A stretch of DNA of 64,000 bases from an uncultured Verrucomicrobiae bacterium (GTDB taxonomy: Bacteria; Verrucomicrobiota; Verrucomicrobiia; Chthoniobacterales; JAATET01), in assembly GCA_963719495.1 (NCBI GenBank), contig CAVRCI010000004.1, positions 224,001 through 288,000 of the forward strand. The letters are read 5' to 3'. Position 1 is the first letter of the stretch. Every line of letters starts with the position of its first letter. The notes under the pieces were generated by a model. It searched no databases, was not told where the DNA came from, and saw nothing but the letters and a program-made list of their open reading frames with translations. Shown here piece after piece: positions 9,739 to 23,020 of this stretch. The translations under genes were made by a program, and so were the position numbers.

Positions 9739-10136
9739 TCGGTGATGAAGTCTTCCGGTGGGGCGACGGCGAGTCCTTGCGGCGTGATTTGCCACCGGAG
9801 ATCCATCGACTCGCAAAATTTATCGAGCGCGGTGAGGAAAGTATCGTTTTCGAACGTGATCGAGACGGCTTGTGGTCCCCCGGTGAGATACTTGGTGAAC
9901 AGGCTGGTCGTGATGGGAATATCGGCGATGCGGTGCAGGTGATAAAGCCAATCAACGATGGCGCCCGGGCGGGCGTCGACGTAGACGTGATCGGGGACGC
10001 GGATCGACGCGAGTGAGGGGATCAATCGCCCGTAGATTTCGCTCGATGAAGATGGCGGGACCTCGCGGGTGCCAGCGGCCAGCCCGCTGGCGGCGAGGCT
10101 GATAAGGACGAGGGAGGCGAGAGTGGCGACTTTCAT
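9735..10136 (-). CDS. exported hypothetical protein (STN-like fold possible)
   Basis: Signal peptide MKVATLASLVLISLAASGLAA; VSITFENDTFLTALDKFC...LRWQI resembles secretin N/STN domains. Confidence 0.55.
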   Translation of the reverse strand: MKVATLASLVLISLAASGLAAGTREVPPSSSSEIYGRLIPSLASIRVPDHVYVDARPGAIVDWLYHLHRIADIPITTSLFTKYLTGGPQAVSITFENDTFLTALDKFCESMDLRWQITPQGLAVAPPEDFITE

Positions 10137-10165
10137 TTCTCTTCCCCAACTGATATCGCCTTCGG

Positions 10166-10888
10166 ATGAAGACGGCGAGGGAGTTGATTCGAGCGGCGGG
10201 GGAATTGCGGGACGCGGTGGATGGGATGACTTTTGCGGCGCCGGTGACGCACGTTTATAATCCGCTGCGTTACGCCTGGGATTCGCACCGGTCGTTTCTC
10301 GAACGGTTTGGGACGGGGCGGAGGCGGGTGGTTTTTCTGGGAATGAACCCGGGGCCGTTCGGGATGGCGCAGACGGGGGTGCCGTTTGGCGAGGTGGCGG
10401 CGGTGCGGGATTGGATGGGAATCGGCGGGGCGGTGGGCAAGCCGCCGGTGGAGCATCCGAAGCGGTTGGTCGAGGGTTTCGCATGCGGGAAGGCGGAGGT
10501 GAGCGGTCGGCGGCTGTGGGGAATGATGGCGGAGCGGTTTGGGACGGCGGACGAGTTTTTTAGGGAGCACTTCGTGGTGAACTATTGCCCGCTGGTCTTC
10601 ATGGAAGAGACCGGGCGGAACCGGACGCCGGACAAGTTGCCGGCTCCCGAGCGGGCGGCGTTGGGCGCGGCCTGTGATGCGCATCTGTCGACGGTGGTCG
10701 CGGCGTTGGAGCCGGAGTGGTGCGTGGGGGTGGGGGCCTACGCGACGGATTGTCTGCGGCGGGTGGTGCCGGAGGGGGCGCGGATCTCGACGGTCCTGCA
10801 TCCGAGTCCGGCTTCGCCGGCGGCGAACCGCGGATGGGCGGAGGCGGCGGCGCGGCAGATGGTGGAGGCGGGCGTTTGGGCGCGGTGA
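10166..10888 (+). CDS. single-strand selective uracil-DNA glycosylase (SMUG1, UDG family 3)
   Basis: YNPL.YA, GMNPGPFGMAQTGVPFG, VNYCPL, HPSPASP motifs. Confidence 0.93.
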   Translation: MKTARELIRAAGELRDAVDGMTFAAPVTHVYNPLRYAWDSHRSFLERFGTGRRRVVFLGMNPGPFGMAQTGVPFGEVAAVRDWMGIGGAVGKPPVEHPKRLVEGFACGKAEVSGRRLWGMMAERFGTADEFFREHFVVNYCPLVFMEETGRNRTPDKLPAPERAALGAACDAHLSTVVAALEPEWCVGVGAYATDCLRRVVPEGARISTVLHPSPASPAANRGWAEAAARQMVEAGVWAR

Positions 10889-10889
10889 T

Positions 10890-11026
10890 TGGCCGCGAAG
10901 AGGCGCAGAAGGCGCAAGAGGGACGGTGCCGAGTGTGGTGGTTTCAGATTTTTGCGACTTCCGCGTTTTTTTGAGGCTCGGGAATTTAGTGTAAGTCAGA
11001 GATCCTTCACTTCGTTCAGGATGACA
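10890..11026. repeat. composite REP-like repeats
   Basis: Inverted pair of GCCGCGAAGAGGCGCAGAAGGCGCAAGA-type repeats, then CAGAGATCCTTCACTTCGTTCAGGATGACA; relatives at 41251-41460. Confidence 0.7.
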
Positions 11027-11047
11027 GGGGGGAATGGGGAACGCGTT

Positions 11048-11503
11048 TTAGGGGGCTAGGTTGAGTTGGGGGAGGGTTTCCGGACTCCAGGGGTTGATGG
11101 TGTAATCGGAGTGGCGGATCGTGGCGGCCCGGTCGTGGCAGAGCTGGAGGGCGGTGTTTACGTCGAAGCCGTGATGGTGCGGGACAAACGGGGTGAGGTT
11201 TTTGGCGGCCAGGTCGAAGAGGCGGGTGGCTGGTGGAAGGCGGCGGCCGTGGATGCGGTGGGTGGGGTGATTGTGTTGGTGGCGGAGGTGGACGAAGGCT
11301 CCGGCCAGCTGGATGAGGCCTTTGTAGTAGGTCCAGTCGCTGCCGGTCGTCGCCAGCCAGAGCTGCTCGAGGACGTCGTGGGCTTCGTAGTATTCGCCGC
11401 GATTGAAGCAGGTGAAGTAGCCGGCGTAGCAGGGGTGCCACTGGCCGGACGGCTGGGTGTCGAGGGAATCGACGAAGCTCTGGACGCGGTCGGATTTTTT
11501 CAT
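11048..11503 (-). CDS. DUF309 family protein
   Basis: FNRGEYYEAHDVLEQLW...YKGLIQLAGAFVH. Confidence 0.88.
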   Translation of the reverse strand: MKKSDRVQSFVDSLDTQPSGQWHPCYAGYFTCFNRGEYYEAHDVLEQLWLATTGSDWTYYKGLIQLAGAFVHLRHQHNHPTHRIHGRRLPPATRLFDLAAKNLTPFVPHHHGFDVNTALQLCHDRAATIRHSDYTINPWSPETLPQLNLAP

Positions 11504-11628
11504 GGGCGAGTCGGGGATGGGCGGTGTTAAGTGATGGCGTTGCAGAAACCGCTTTTCTACTCGTGCCAAACGATCCGGGGGACCGCCAGTAGGGCGGCTG
11601 ATCCGGTCACCGGGGCCGATGCCTTCCG

Positions 11629-12921
11629 ATGAGCTGGAGCCACGCGGTATTGATTGGATGCGGGATCCTGCTGGGTGTGGGTTCGGCGGCGTTTTCGGCT
11701 TTCGAGACTTCGATCTTCTCGCTGAACGAGGAACGGCGCAAGAAACTGCGTTCGCGGGCTCCGAAGCGGGCCGACGCGCTCTCCGAGTTGCTGGACCGGC
11801 CGGACGAGGTGGTGAATTCCATGCTGTTGGCCAATACGGTGATGAATCTGCCGCTGATCGTGGTGATTCTCTTCCTGTTGGAAGATTTTCGGGTGGCGGG
11901 GGATGGGCTCGGTTGGACCCTGGTGTTGGTGATTTTTGGAGTGATCATCGTCTGCTGCGATTTGCTGCCGAAACTGATCGCGCTGGCGGCTCCGGTTCGC
12001 ACGGCGCGGATCGGGATTCCGCTGATTCAATCCGTGGTGCCCGTGTTGGCTCCGATCTGCGGGGGGCTGCAGAGATTTTGCGAGCGGATCGTCAAGGTGG
12101 TGGTGCCGCGGAGATTCGCTCCGATGCCGCATCTCACCGACGCCGAGCTGGAGACGCTCGTCGAGATTGGGCGTTCGGAGGGGACGATCGAGGAATCGGA
12201 GAGTCGCCTCATTGGTGAATTGATGAAGCTGGCCGAGGAGCCCGCGAAGCACTGCATGACGCCGCGGGTCGACGTGTTTTTTCTGCCCGACGATCTCACG
12301 AACGAGGAGGTGGCCGAGGCGGTGAGGCGAAAGCGCTACCGCCGGGTGCTGGTGCGGGGTGAGACGCCGGACGACGTGCTGGGGCTGCTGGACGTGAAGC
12401 AGTTCCTGCTCGAGCCGGACCGGCCCTACCTCGAGCAACTGGTCCCGCCGTCCTACGTGCCGGAGACGATCAATGCGCTCGAATTGCTGAAGTCGTTCCT
12501 GAATCGGCGGCAACATTTCGCGCTGCTGGTCGACGAATTCGGTGGCATCGAGGGGATCGTGACGCTGTCGGATTTCGTGGAGGAATTGCTCGGCGAGGAG
12601 GGGCCTGATTCCGGGACGGAACTCTACATCGAGTCGCTGGGCAACGACCGGATCGTGGCGGCGGGCAGTGCGCGAATGGACGATCTGCGGGAAATGCTCG
12701 GCTGGGAGGGTGAGGAGGCCGGGATCGATTCGATCGGTGGATTCGTGGTCGAGCATCTTGGGTTCCTGCCGCGGCCGGGGACGGTCCTGTCGGTCGACGG
12801 GCAACGGATCACGGTGCGACGGGCGACGCGGAAGCGGATCAAGGAAGTTCTCATCGAGCCGGCGCCCGAGACGGTGGCGGACGAGCTTCCGGAGACGCCG
12901 GACGAGGGGGGCGGATCGTGA
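11629..12921 (+). CDS. HlyC/CorC (CNNM+CBS) family transporter
   Basis: FSAFETSIFSL, MTPRVD, VDEFGGIEGIVTLSD, CorC C-terminal domain. Confidence 0.9.
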   Translation: MSWSHAVLIGCGILLGVGSAAFSAFETSIFSLNEERRKKLRSRAPKRADALSELLDRPDEVVNSMLLANTVMNLPLIVVILFLLEDFRVAGDGLGWTLVLVIFGVIIVCCDLLPKLIALAAPVRTARIGIPLIQSVVPVLAPICGGLQRFCERIVKVVVPRRFAPMPHLTDAELETLVEIGRSEGTIEESESRLIGELMKLAEEPAKHCMTPRVDVFFLPDDLTNEEVAEAVRRKRYRRVLVRGETPDDVLGLLDVKQFLLEPDRPYLEQLVPPSYVPETINALELLKSFLNRRQHFALLVDEFGGIEGIVTLSDFVEELLGEEGPDSGTELYIESLGNDRIVAAGSARMDDLREMLGWEGEEAGIDSIGGFVVEHLGFLPRPGTVLSVDGQRITVRRATRKRIKEVLIEPAPETVADELPETPDEGGGS

Positions 12922-13868
12922 TCTGGCTGGCCATCGCCGCCTGCCTCGCGATCTCGTTCACGTTCTCGGGAATCGAATCGGGTGTGCTGTCGGTCAACCG
13001 GGTTCGGCTCCGGCACTACGCGCTGCGTGGCGAGCAGGCGGCGCTGCAACTGGACGCGCTGCTGATGCGGATCGAGCGGCTGATGATCACGGTCGTGCTG
13101 GTGACGAATGCGACGAACGTGCTGGCGGTCGCGCTGCTTTATTCCGAGGTGACGCGTTGGCTGGGGGGCGGTGGGGCGGTGCTCGTCGTCGTGATCCTGC
13201 TGCCGGTGTTCGTGGTTTTACTGGAATTCCTACCCAAGGCGATTTTTCGACAATTTCCCTACCGGACGCTGGTGGTGTTCGCCCGGATTCTGACGGTCAC
13301 GCATTTCGGGTTGGGACCGCTGGTGAACGCGGGGGCGTGGGTGCTACGACCGGTCTTCCGGGCCGGTCGCGAGCCGCGGCGGCGGGGCTTGGTGGGGATC
13401 GAGGATCTCAAGCGGGTCGTTGCGGACAGCGCGGAGCGGGGGCAGATGACGGAGCAGGAGCGGAGCTTCATTCAGAATGTGATCGACTTCCGCGAGGCGA
13501 AGGTGCGGGACGTGATGCTGCGGATGGAGCAGAGCTCGGGCGTGAAGCCGGAGACGACGGTCGCCGAGGTGTTGGAGCTGGCTCGGGAGACGGAGGCGGA
13601 TCGCTTCCCGGTGGTCGAGGAGGACGGTGGGGTGTCGGGGGTGGTGCGGGTCTTCGATCTGCTGCGGGATGACGTGCGGACGGGGCGGGCGAAATCCTAC
13701 GCGCGGCGCCCGGTGACGGTGGCGGTCGACGAGCGGGCGATCGAGGCGCTGCGGAGGCTGCGGGCGGCGCGCATGCAGATGGGGGTGGTCGTGGGAGCGG
13801 ACGGGCGGCCGACGGGGACGGTGCGGACGGAGGCGCTGGTCAGGCGGCTGCTGGTCGGCCGAGGATAG
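12918..13868 (+). CDS. CNNM/CBS domain protein
   Basis: FSGIESGVLSVNR, EFLPKAIF, CBS pair. Confidence 0.88.
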   Translation: MIWLAIAACLAISFTFSGIESGVLSVNRVRLRHYALRGEQAALQLDALLMRIERLMITVVLVTNATNVLAVALLYSEVTRWLGGGGAVLVVVILLPVFVVLLEFLPKAIFRQFPYRTLVVFARILTVTHFGLGPLVNAGAWVLRPVFRAGREPRRRGLVGIEDLKRVVADSAERGQMTEQERSFIQNVIDFREAKVRDVMLRMEQSSGVKPETTVAEVLELARETEADRFPVVEEDGGVSGVVRVFDLLRDDVRTGRAKSYARRPVTVAVDERAIEALRRLRAARMQMGVVVGADGRPTGTVRTEALVRRLLVGRG

Positions 13869-13981
13869 AGCCAGGCGTGGAAGTGCGCTGGCGCGGGTTG
13901 CCGGGGAAGTGCGGGTTGCCTTCGGATTTTCTTGGTGACGTGTCTTGCGCGGGCGGGGCGGATGTCTTTTATTGGGCGGCT

Positions 13982-15133
13982 ATGTCGTCACCCGAAGCTG
14001 CTGCCGTTTATTCCCGCAAGAACCCGTTTCCCGCTCCGATGACCACGAATCGGAGCCTGACCCTGGAAGGTTCGGGGAAGGATACGCGGCATTTCGAGAT
14101 CTCGCTGGAGGGGTCGGGACTTTCCTACGAAGTGGGGGATTCGCTCGGCGTGTTTCCGAAGAACGATCCGGCGCTGGTCGATCAGATTCTGGAGCGGCTG
14201 GGATTCTCCGGAGACGAGCCGGTGCCGAATCCGGCCGGGGAAACGGTGCCGATCCGGCAGGCTCTGATCGAGAGCTACATCATCACCGCGCCGTCGAAGC
14301 AGCTGCTCACGGCGATCGCCGAGAAGGACTCGAGCGCGGTATTTCTGAAGGATCTGCTGGATCCGCTGGTGAAGACCGAACTGGACACCTGGCTCTGGGG
14401 CCGCGACGTGCTGGATGCGTTGCAGGAATTCACGGCGGCGCAGTTTACGCCGGAAGAATTCGTCAAGGTGCTTCGCAAGCTCCAGGCTCGGCTTTATTCG
14501 ATTGCGTCGTCGCAGAAGGTGGTGGGCGAGTCGGTGCATCTCACGGTCGCGCTGGTCCGCTACCACGCATTGAACCGGGATCGCACGGGCGTCGCGTCCG
14601 TCTATCTCGGCGAGCGCACGGCGGATCCGGAGCGGATTGCCGTTTTCGTTCACAACGCGAAGCACTTCCGCGTGCCGGAGGACCCGGCGACGGACATGAT
14701 CATGGTCGGACCGGGGACGGGGATCGCGCCGTTTCGCGCGATGCTGCAGGAGCGGAAGGCCTCGGGCGCTTCGGGGCGAAATTGGTTGTTCTTCGGGGAG
14801 CAGCGCTCGACGACGGATTTCCTGTATCGCGAGGAGTTCGAGGCCTACGAAGCCGACGGTTCGTTGCACCGCTTCGACACGGCGTTTTCGCGGGACCAGG
14901 ATTACAAGATCTACGTTCAGCATCGCATCCTCGAGCAGGCCGATGAATTGTTCGCCTGGCTGGAGGGCGGGGCTTCGTTTTACGTGTGCGGCGACGCGGC
15001 GCGGATGGCGAAGGACGTCGATACGGCGCTTCACGAAGTCGTCGAGCGGGCCGGTGGCAAGACGAAGGAAGAGGCGATCGAATACATCGACGCTCTGAAG
15101 AAGGCGAAACGCTACAAGAAGGATGTTTATTAG
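13982..15133 (+). CDS. CysJ-like FAD/NADPH oxidoreductase lacking the flavodoxin domain
   Basis: YSRKNPF, RLYSIASS, MVGPGTGIAPFR, YVCGDAARMAKDV, RYKKDVY. Confidence 0.88.
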   Translation: MSSPEAAAVYSRKNPFPAPMTTNRSLTLEGSGKDTRHFEISLEGSGLSYEVGDSLGVFPKNDPALVDQILERLGFSGDEPVPNPAGETVPIRQALIESYIITAPSKQLLTAIAEKDSSAVFLKDLLDPLVKTELDTWLWGRDVLDALQEFTAAQFTPEEFVKVLRKLQARLYSIASSQKVVGESVHLTVALVRYHALNRDRTGVASVYLGERTADPERIAVFVHNAKHFRVPEDPATDMIMVGPGTGIAPFRAMLQERKASGASGRNWLFFGEQRSTTDFLYREEFEAYEADGSLHRFDTAFSRDQDYKIYVQHRILEQADELFAWLEGGASFYVCGDAARMAKDVDTALHEVVERAGGKTKEEAIEYIDALKKAKRYKKDVY

Positions 15134-15190
15134 TCCGAAGGTCCCAAGGTCGAAGGTCGGAAGGTCGAAATCCTGAATTCGGAAGTCGTC

Positions 15191-16573
15191 TTGAAGAACG
15201 TTCATTTTCTGGGAGTTTGCGGGACCGCGATGGGCGCGGTGGCGGCCGCGATGCGCGACGCGGGCTACGTCGTGACCGGCCAGGACGCGGCGGTCTATCC
15301 GCCGATGTCGACCTTCCTCGCCGAGAAAGGGGTGGAAATCACGAGCGGTTTCGATCCGGCGGACATCCCGGAGACGACGGAAATCGTCGTGGTGGGCAAC
15401 GCGATGTCGCGGGGCAACGAGGCCGTCGAGGCGGTGCTCAATCGCAAGCTGCTTTACGTGTCGATGCCCGAGGCGCTCAAGCAATTTTTCCTGCGGGGAC
15501 GGCACAACATCGTCGTGACTGGAACGCACGGGAAAACGACAACGACGTCGATGCTGGCTTGGATTTTCGAGAGTGCGGGGCGTGAGCCGGGCTATCTCAT
15601 CGGCGGCATCCCGGCGAATCTGGGGCAGGGGGCCTGCCTGCGCGATTCGAAGTATTTCGTGATCGAGGGGGACGAATACGACACCGCGTTCTTCGACAAG
15701 CGCTCGAAGTTCGTCCATTACCTTCCGGAATTGGTGATCCTGAACAACATCGAGTTCGATCACGCCGACATCTTTCGCGATCTCGACGCGATCAAGACGA
15801 GCTTTCGCCATCTGCTCAACATCGTTCCCTCCGACGGAATGGTGCTCGTGAACGCGGACGACCCAAACTGCGTGGACGTCGCACGGACCAGTCCGGCTCC
15901 GATCGTCGAGGTCGGATTTTCGGAAAACGCCGGGAATCGAATCACAAACGTGACCCACGGATCGGAGGGCGTGTCGTTCGAGTTGTTCGGCGAGCGATTC
16001 GACCTGCCGATGCTGGGGGATTTCAACATCCGCAACGCCGCGATGGCGGCTTCGGCGGCCCATTTCTACGGAATCGGCGCGGCGGAGATCCGGACGGCGC
16101 TGGCGAGTTTTCGCGGCATCAAGCGGCGGCAGGAGGTGCGTGGTGACGTGGGTGGCGTCAAGGTGATCGACGATTTCGGCCACCACCCCACGGCGATTCG
16201 CGAGACGCTCGCCGGGCTGCGCAAGCGCTTCGATGGCGGGAAGCTGTGGGCGATTTTCGAGCCGAGATCGAACACCACGCGGCGGTCGGTGTTTCAGGAA
16301 ACGCTGCCGGCGGCTTTCGTGGATGCCGATGGAGTCTTCATCGCGCGGATCGCGCGGCTCGAGCAAATCGCCGCCGAGGACCGCCTGAATCCCGAGCGCG
16401 TCGTCGCCGACATCGGCGCTTCGGGGCGCCCGGCGTTCTACGAGCCGACCGCCGATGCCATCGTCGAGCGGGTGGTGCCGATGACCGGGGAGGGTGACGT
16501 GGTGGTCGTGTTCAGCAATGGTGGCTTCGACGGGATCCACGAGAAATTGCTCGCGGCGCTCGCGGCTCGCTGA
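15191..16573 (+). CDS. mpl: murein peptide ligase
   Basis: HFLGVCGTAMG, GTHGKTTT, EGDEYDTAFFDKRSKFVHY, EPRSNT, FSNGGF. Confidence 0.93.
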   Translation: MKNVHFLGVCGTAMGAVAAAMRDAGYVVTGQDAAVYPPMSTFLAEKGVEITSGFDPADIPETTEIVVVGNAMSRGNEAVEAVLNRKLLYVSMPEALKQFFLRGRHNIVVTGTHGKTTTTSMLAWIFESAGREPGYLIGGIPANLGQGACLRDSKYFVIEGDEYDTAFFDKRSKFVHYLPELVILNNIEFDHADIFRDLDAIKTSFRHLLNIVPSDGMVLVNADDPNCVDVARTSPAPIVEVGFSENAGNRITNVTHGSEGVSFELFGERFDLPMLGDFNIRNAAMAASAAHFYGIGAAEIRTALASFRGIKRRQEVRGDVGGVKVIDDFGHHPTAIRETLAGLRKRFDGGKLWAIFEPRSNTTRRSVFQETLPAAFVDADGVFIARIARLEQIAAEDRLNPERVVADIGASGRPAFYEPTADAIVERVVPMTGEGDVVVVFSNGGFDGIHEKLLAALAAR

Positions 16574-16631
16574 CGGGCGAACCCTTTTTCCTCGCCAAGG
16601 TTGGCGGTTCTTCGGATCATCAGCGGTTCGC

Positions 16632-19822
<3,191 letters not shown>

Positions 19823-19840
19823 GTCTGCTACCCTGTCCGC

Positions 19841-20230
19841 ATGAGACCCGGAGCGGCCCGACCCGAATATCGCAAGCGGCGAGGAGGCGGCTTCCTCCAC
19901 ACGGTCAACAGGTTGTTTTTTGTCCTTTGCGCGGTGGGAGGGCTCATTCTGGTTGGCTTGCTGGCTTACCCGGAGCTGCGGCGGATCGACGAGATGGAGA
20001 AGACCGTCATCGACCTCGAAGCTGAACGGGACGCGCAGACGCTCCTCCTGGAAAAGCAGAAGCGCGAGGAAAAGTGGTTGAAAACCGAGCCGGCCTACGT
20101 GGAGCTTTTGGCCCGGGAGAAATTCGGAATGATGAAGGAAGGCGAGACCGTCTTTCGATTGGACGAGGAGGTGCCGCCGGTCCCGGTATTTCCCGGCGAA
20201 CGGCCATCATCCTCGGAATCAGCACCTTAG
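19841..20230 (+). CDS. ftsB: FtsB/DivIC septum formation initiator
   Basis: TM plus coiled coil plus YVELLAREKFGMMKEGETVF; conserved position after eno. Confidence 0.8.
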   Translation: MRPGAARPEYRKRRGGGFLHTVNRLFFVLCAVGGLILVGLLAYPELRRIDEMEKTVIDLEAERDAQTLLLEKQKREEKWLKTEPAYVELLAREKFGMMKEGETVFRLDEEVPPVPVFPGERPSSSESAP

Positions 20231-20240
20231 AAACGATTTT

Positions 20241-21381
20241 ATGTCAGTATTGGAACTCTCCGCGATCAACACCTCCGAGCTAGCCGACCGAGTCGGCGAG
20301 CTGCGGAGGTATCTTTGACTTACCCGACCTCGTCAAACAGCACGAAGAAATCGAGGCGCGAATGACGGCGCCGGATTTCTGGGATCACAAGGAAAAGGCT
20401 CAGAGCGAGATGGAGCGCGTCTCGGCGCTGCGCGCCAAGATTGTTCCGTTTCGGGAGATCGAGTCGCGGCTCGAGGATTTGGAAGTGATGCGCGAGCTGG
20501 CGGCCGAGGAGACGGACGCCGCGCAGAAGGCCGCGGCCCTGGCCGACATGAAGCGGGACTACGACCGGCTCTCGGATGATTTGGCCAAGTTCGAACTGCG
20601 GCAGTTCCTGAGTGGCGAATTCGACAGCAATCCCGCGTTTCTCACGATCCACGCCGGCGCGGGCGGCACCGAGTCCTGTGATTGGGCTGACATGCTGCTG
20701 CGGATGTATCAGCGCTGGATGGAGCGCAACGGGGTGGCGAGCGAGGTGGTCGACATTCAGGAGGGTGACGAGGCTGGCATCAAGGGGGCCACTCTCCGCG
20801 TGACTGGAGAGTCGGCCTACGGATACCTTTCCTGCGAGCGGGGGGTGCATCGGCTGGTGCGGATCTCGCCCTTCGACTCCGCCAAGCGGCGTCACACGTC
20901 GTTTGCGAGCGTCGACGTGACTCCGGAGATCGAGGATGCCCCGATCGAAGTGGATGAGAAGGACCTCAAAATCGACACCTTTCGGAGCGGGGGCAAGGGG
21001 GGGCAGAACGTGAACAAGGTCGAGACGGCGGTGCGCTTCACCCACCTTCCGACCGGCTTGGTCGTGGCGTGTCAGGCGGAGCGAAGTCAGCTCAAGAACC
21101 GGAATCTTGCGATGAAGATTCTCAAGGCGAAGCTTTACCAGCTCGAGGCCGACAAGAAGCGGGCCGAAGCCGAGCGGGAATACGATCAAAAGGGCGAAAT
21201 CGGCTGGGGCAGCCAGATTCGTTCCTACGTCTTCCAGCCCTACCAGATGGTGAAGGACCTCCGGACCGGTGTGCAGACGAGCGACGTTCAGGGCGTGATG
21301 GACGGCGAGATCGATCCGTTCATCGAGGGCAAGCTCCGGGGGCTGACCTACCAGAAGGGCGCCTCGGACGACGACGAGTAG
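20241..21381 (+). CDS. prfB: peptide chain release factor 2 with programmed +1 frameshift
   Basis: ATG 20241; GGAGGTAT-CTT-TGA-C at 20305-20319; SPF and GGQ motifs downstream. Confidence 0.95.
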
Positions 21382-21700
21382 GACGGGCGGTTTCTTGGTG
21401 GTTCGTCGCCTTCGTTGCGGGGAGCACCGGGCCAGGAGACGGTGACCGTTCGCGCCGGGGCGGGGCTGCGATCCCTCCGGGATCGCGCTCGGGTCGGGTC
21501 GGGAGCGGTAAGCCGGAGGTTTTCAACCTCCGGCTACCGTGGGTGAGATCCTTTCCGGATCGATGCGATGCGGAGGTCTCCGTGGGCATGCCGTGCGAGT
21601 TCGGGTTTGTTCCAAACGCCGAATGGGGTTCCCCGAAAAATTCGACAGGATTGACAGGATTGACAGGAGGATCAGAAATGGTTTCTGAAACCAACGCATC

Positions 21701-21847
21701 CTAGAGCATCTTCAACTTGATTGGACGATTCGATCCGGCAAGCGGGGGAAGGCGTCCGCCCTCCTGATCCAAACACGAGGACGAGCCGTCCTCGCCCCTT
21801 TTCGTCGCCTCTTGCTGAAGTCGCTAATTACTTTGAAAATGCTCTAG
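21701..21847. mobile_element. 147-bp MITE (IS630-like ends)
   Basis: CTAGAGCATCTTCAA ... TTGAAAATGCTCTAG, 14/15 inverted match, CTAG at both ends, no transposase. Confidence 0.7.
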
Positions 21848-22299
21848 AAATCAGACGACTTCCGACGTTCGCGGCATCGGCTTTCAGCCGATCGCCAAGC
21901 GAAAATCGCCTGGAAGCCGATGGGCAGGGACTTTGGAATCCGTCTTGAATCAAGGTGGCGTTGGGATTGTCGGCAGCCGGGATGGTGTAATTTGCGGGCT
22001 CGATTTCACCCTCCGGGCCACGCTGGTTTCGAGCCGGATTCTTGTCGAATCGGCTTCGAGCGAGAGTTCGGGCGGTTCTGGCGAGGGATCACGGCTCGGC
22101 GGGAGCCTCGCCCTCCGGGTTTGGATGGGCTTCGCGTGCAGATTGATTCCGTGGGGGGCGGACTGCCAACTTTTGGCGTGAAGTGGATCGTTGCTGGGTG
22201 GTGAGATTCTGGTTGGATCGTGAACGGGGTCGGCCCGGATCCATCGCCGCGGCAGAGTCTGCTGGCGCGATCTGGATCGGTGGAGTATTGAGTTTTACC

Positions 22300-22902
22300 A
22301 TGAACGCGCTTCCGAACGTCGAAGATCATCGGTCACCGGATCACGCAATCGAACCATTGCTTTACCGGCGGTGGTCGCCGCGGGCGATGAGCGGTCAGCC
22401 GCTGACCGAGGAAGAGCTTCTCACCTGCTTCGAGGGGGGGCGGTGGGCTCCTTCGAGTTACAACGAGCAGGAGTGGCGGTTCCTCTACGCCCGGCGTGGG
22501 GAGGCGCAGTGGCACGAGTTCTTCGGTTTGCTGGCGGAACCGAACCGGCTCTGGTGCGACCGGGCGGGTGTGCTCGTCGTCGTGCTGGCGAAGAGGACCT
22601 TCACTCGCAACGGCAAGGCGAACGCGGTTCATCTCTTCGATGCCGGGGCGGCTTGGCACGGGATTGCGCTGCAGGCTTCGGCGATGGGGTTGGTGGCGCA
22701 CGGGATGTCGGGATTCGACTACGAGCGGGCGGCGGCGGAGTTGGGGGTGCCGGATGACTTCGCCGTGGCGGCGATGTTTGCGCTGGGGCATCCGGGCGAT
22801 CCGGCGGATCTGCCGGAGGATTACCGGGAGCTGGAGAAGCCGAGTGGTCGGCGGCCGGTGGTCGAGAGCATCTGCGAAGGGCGGTTTGCCTTTGGCGGGT
22901 GA
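22300..22902 (+). CDS. nitroreductase family protein
   Basis: RRWSPRAM, WAPSSYNEQEWRF, HGMSGFD. Confidence 0.9.
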   Translation: MNALPNVEDHRSPDHAIEPLLYRRWSPRAMSGQPLTEEELLTCFEGGRWAPSSYNEQEWRFLYARRGEAQWHEFFGLLAEPNRLWCDRAGVLVVVLAKRTFTRNGKANAVHLFDAGAAWHGIALQASAMGLVAHGMSGFDYERAAAELGVPDDFAVAAMFALGHPGDPADLPEDYRELEKPSGRRPVVESICEGRFAFGG

Positions 22903-23020
22903 TCCGGGTGGGTTTTGGGTTGGAGGACGCTTGGCCGGGATGCGGGGCGTGGGGGAGGAGGCTACGGAACCCGGCGGCGCGGCTTCCCTACCTTTTGGAC
23001 GAGGGGCGGGCTGCGCCCTT

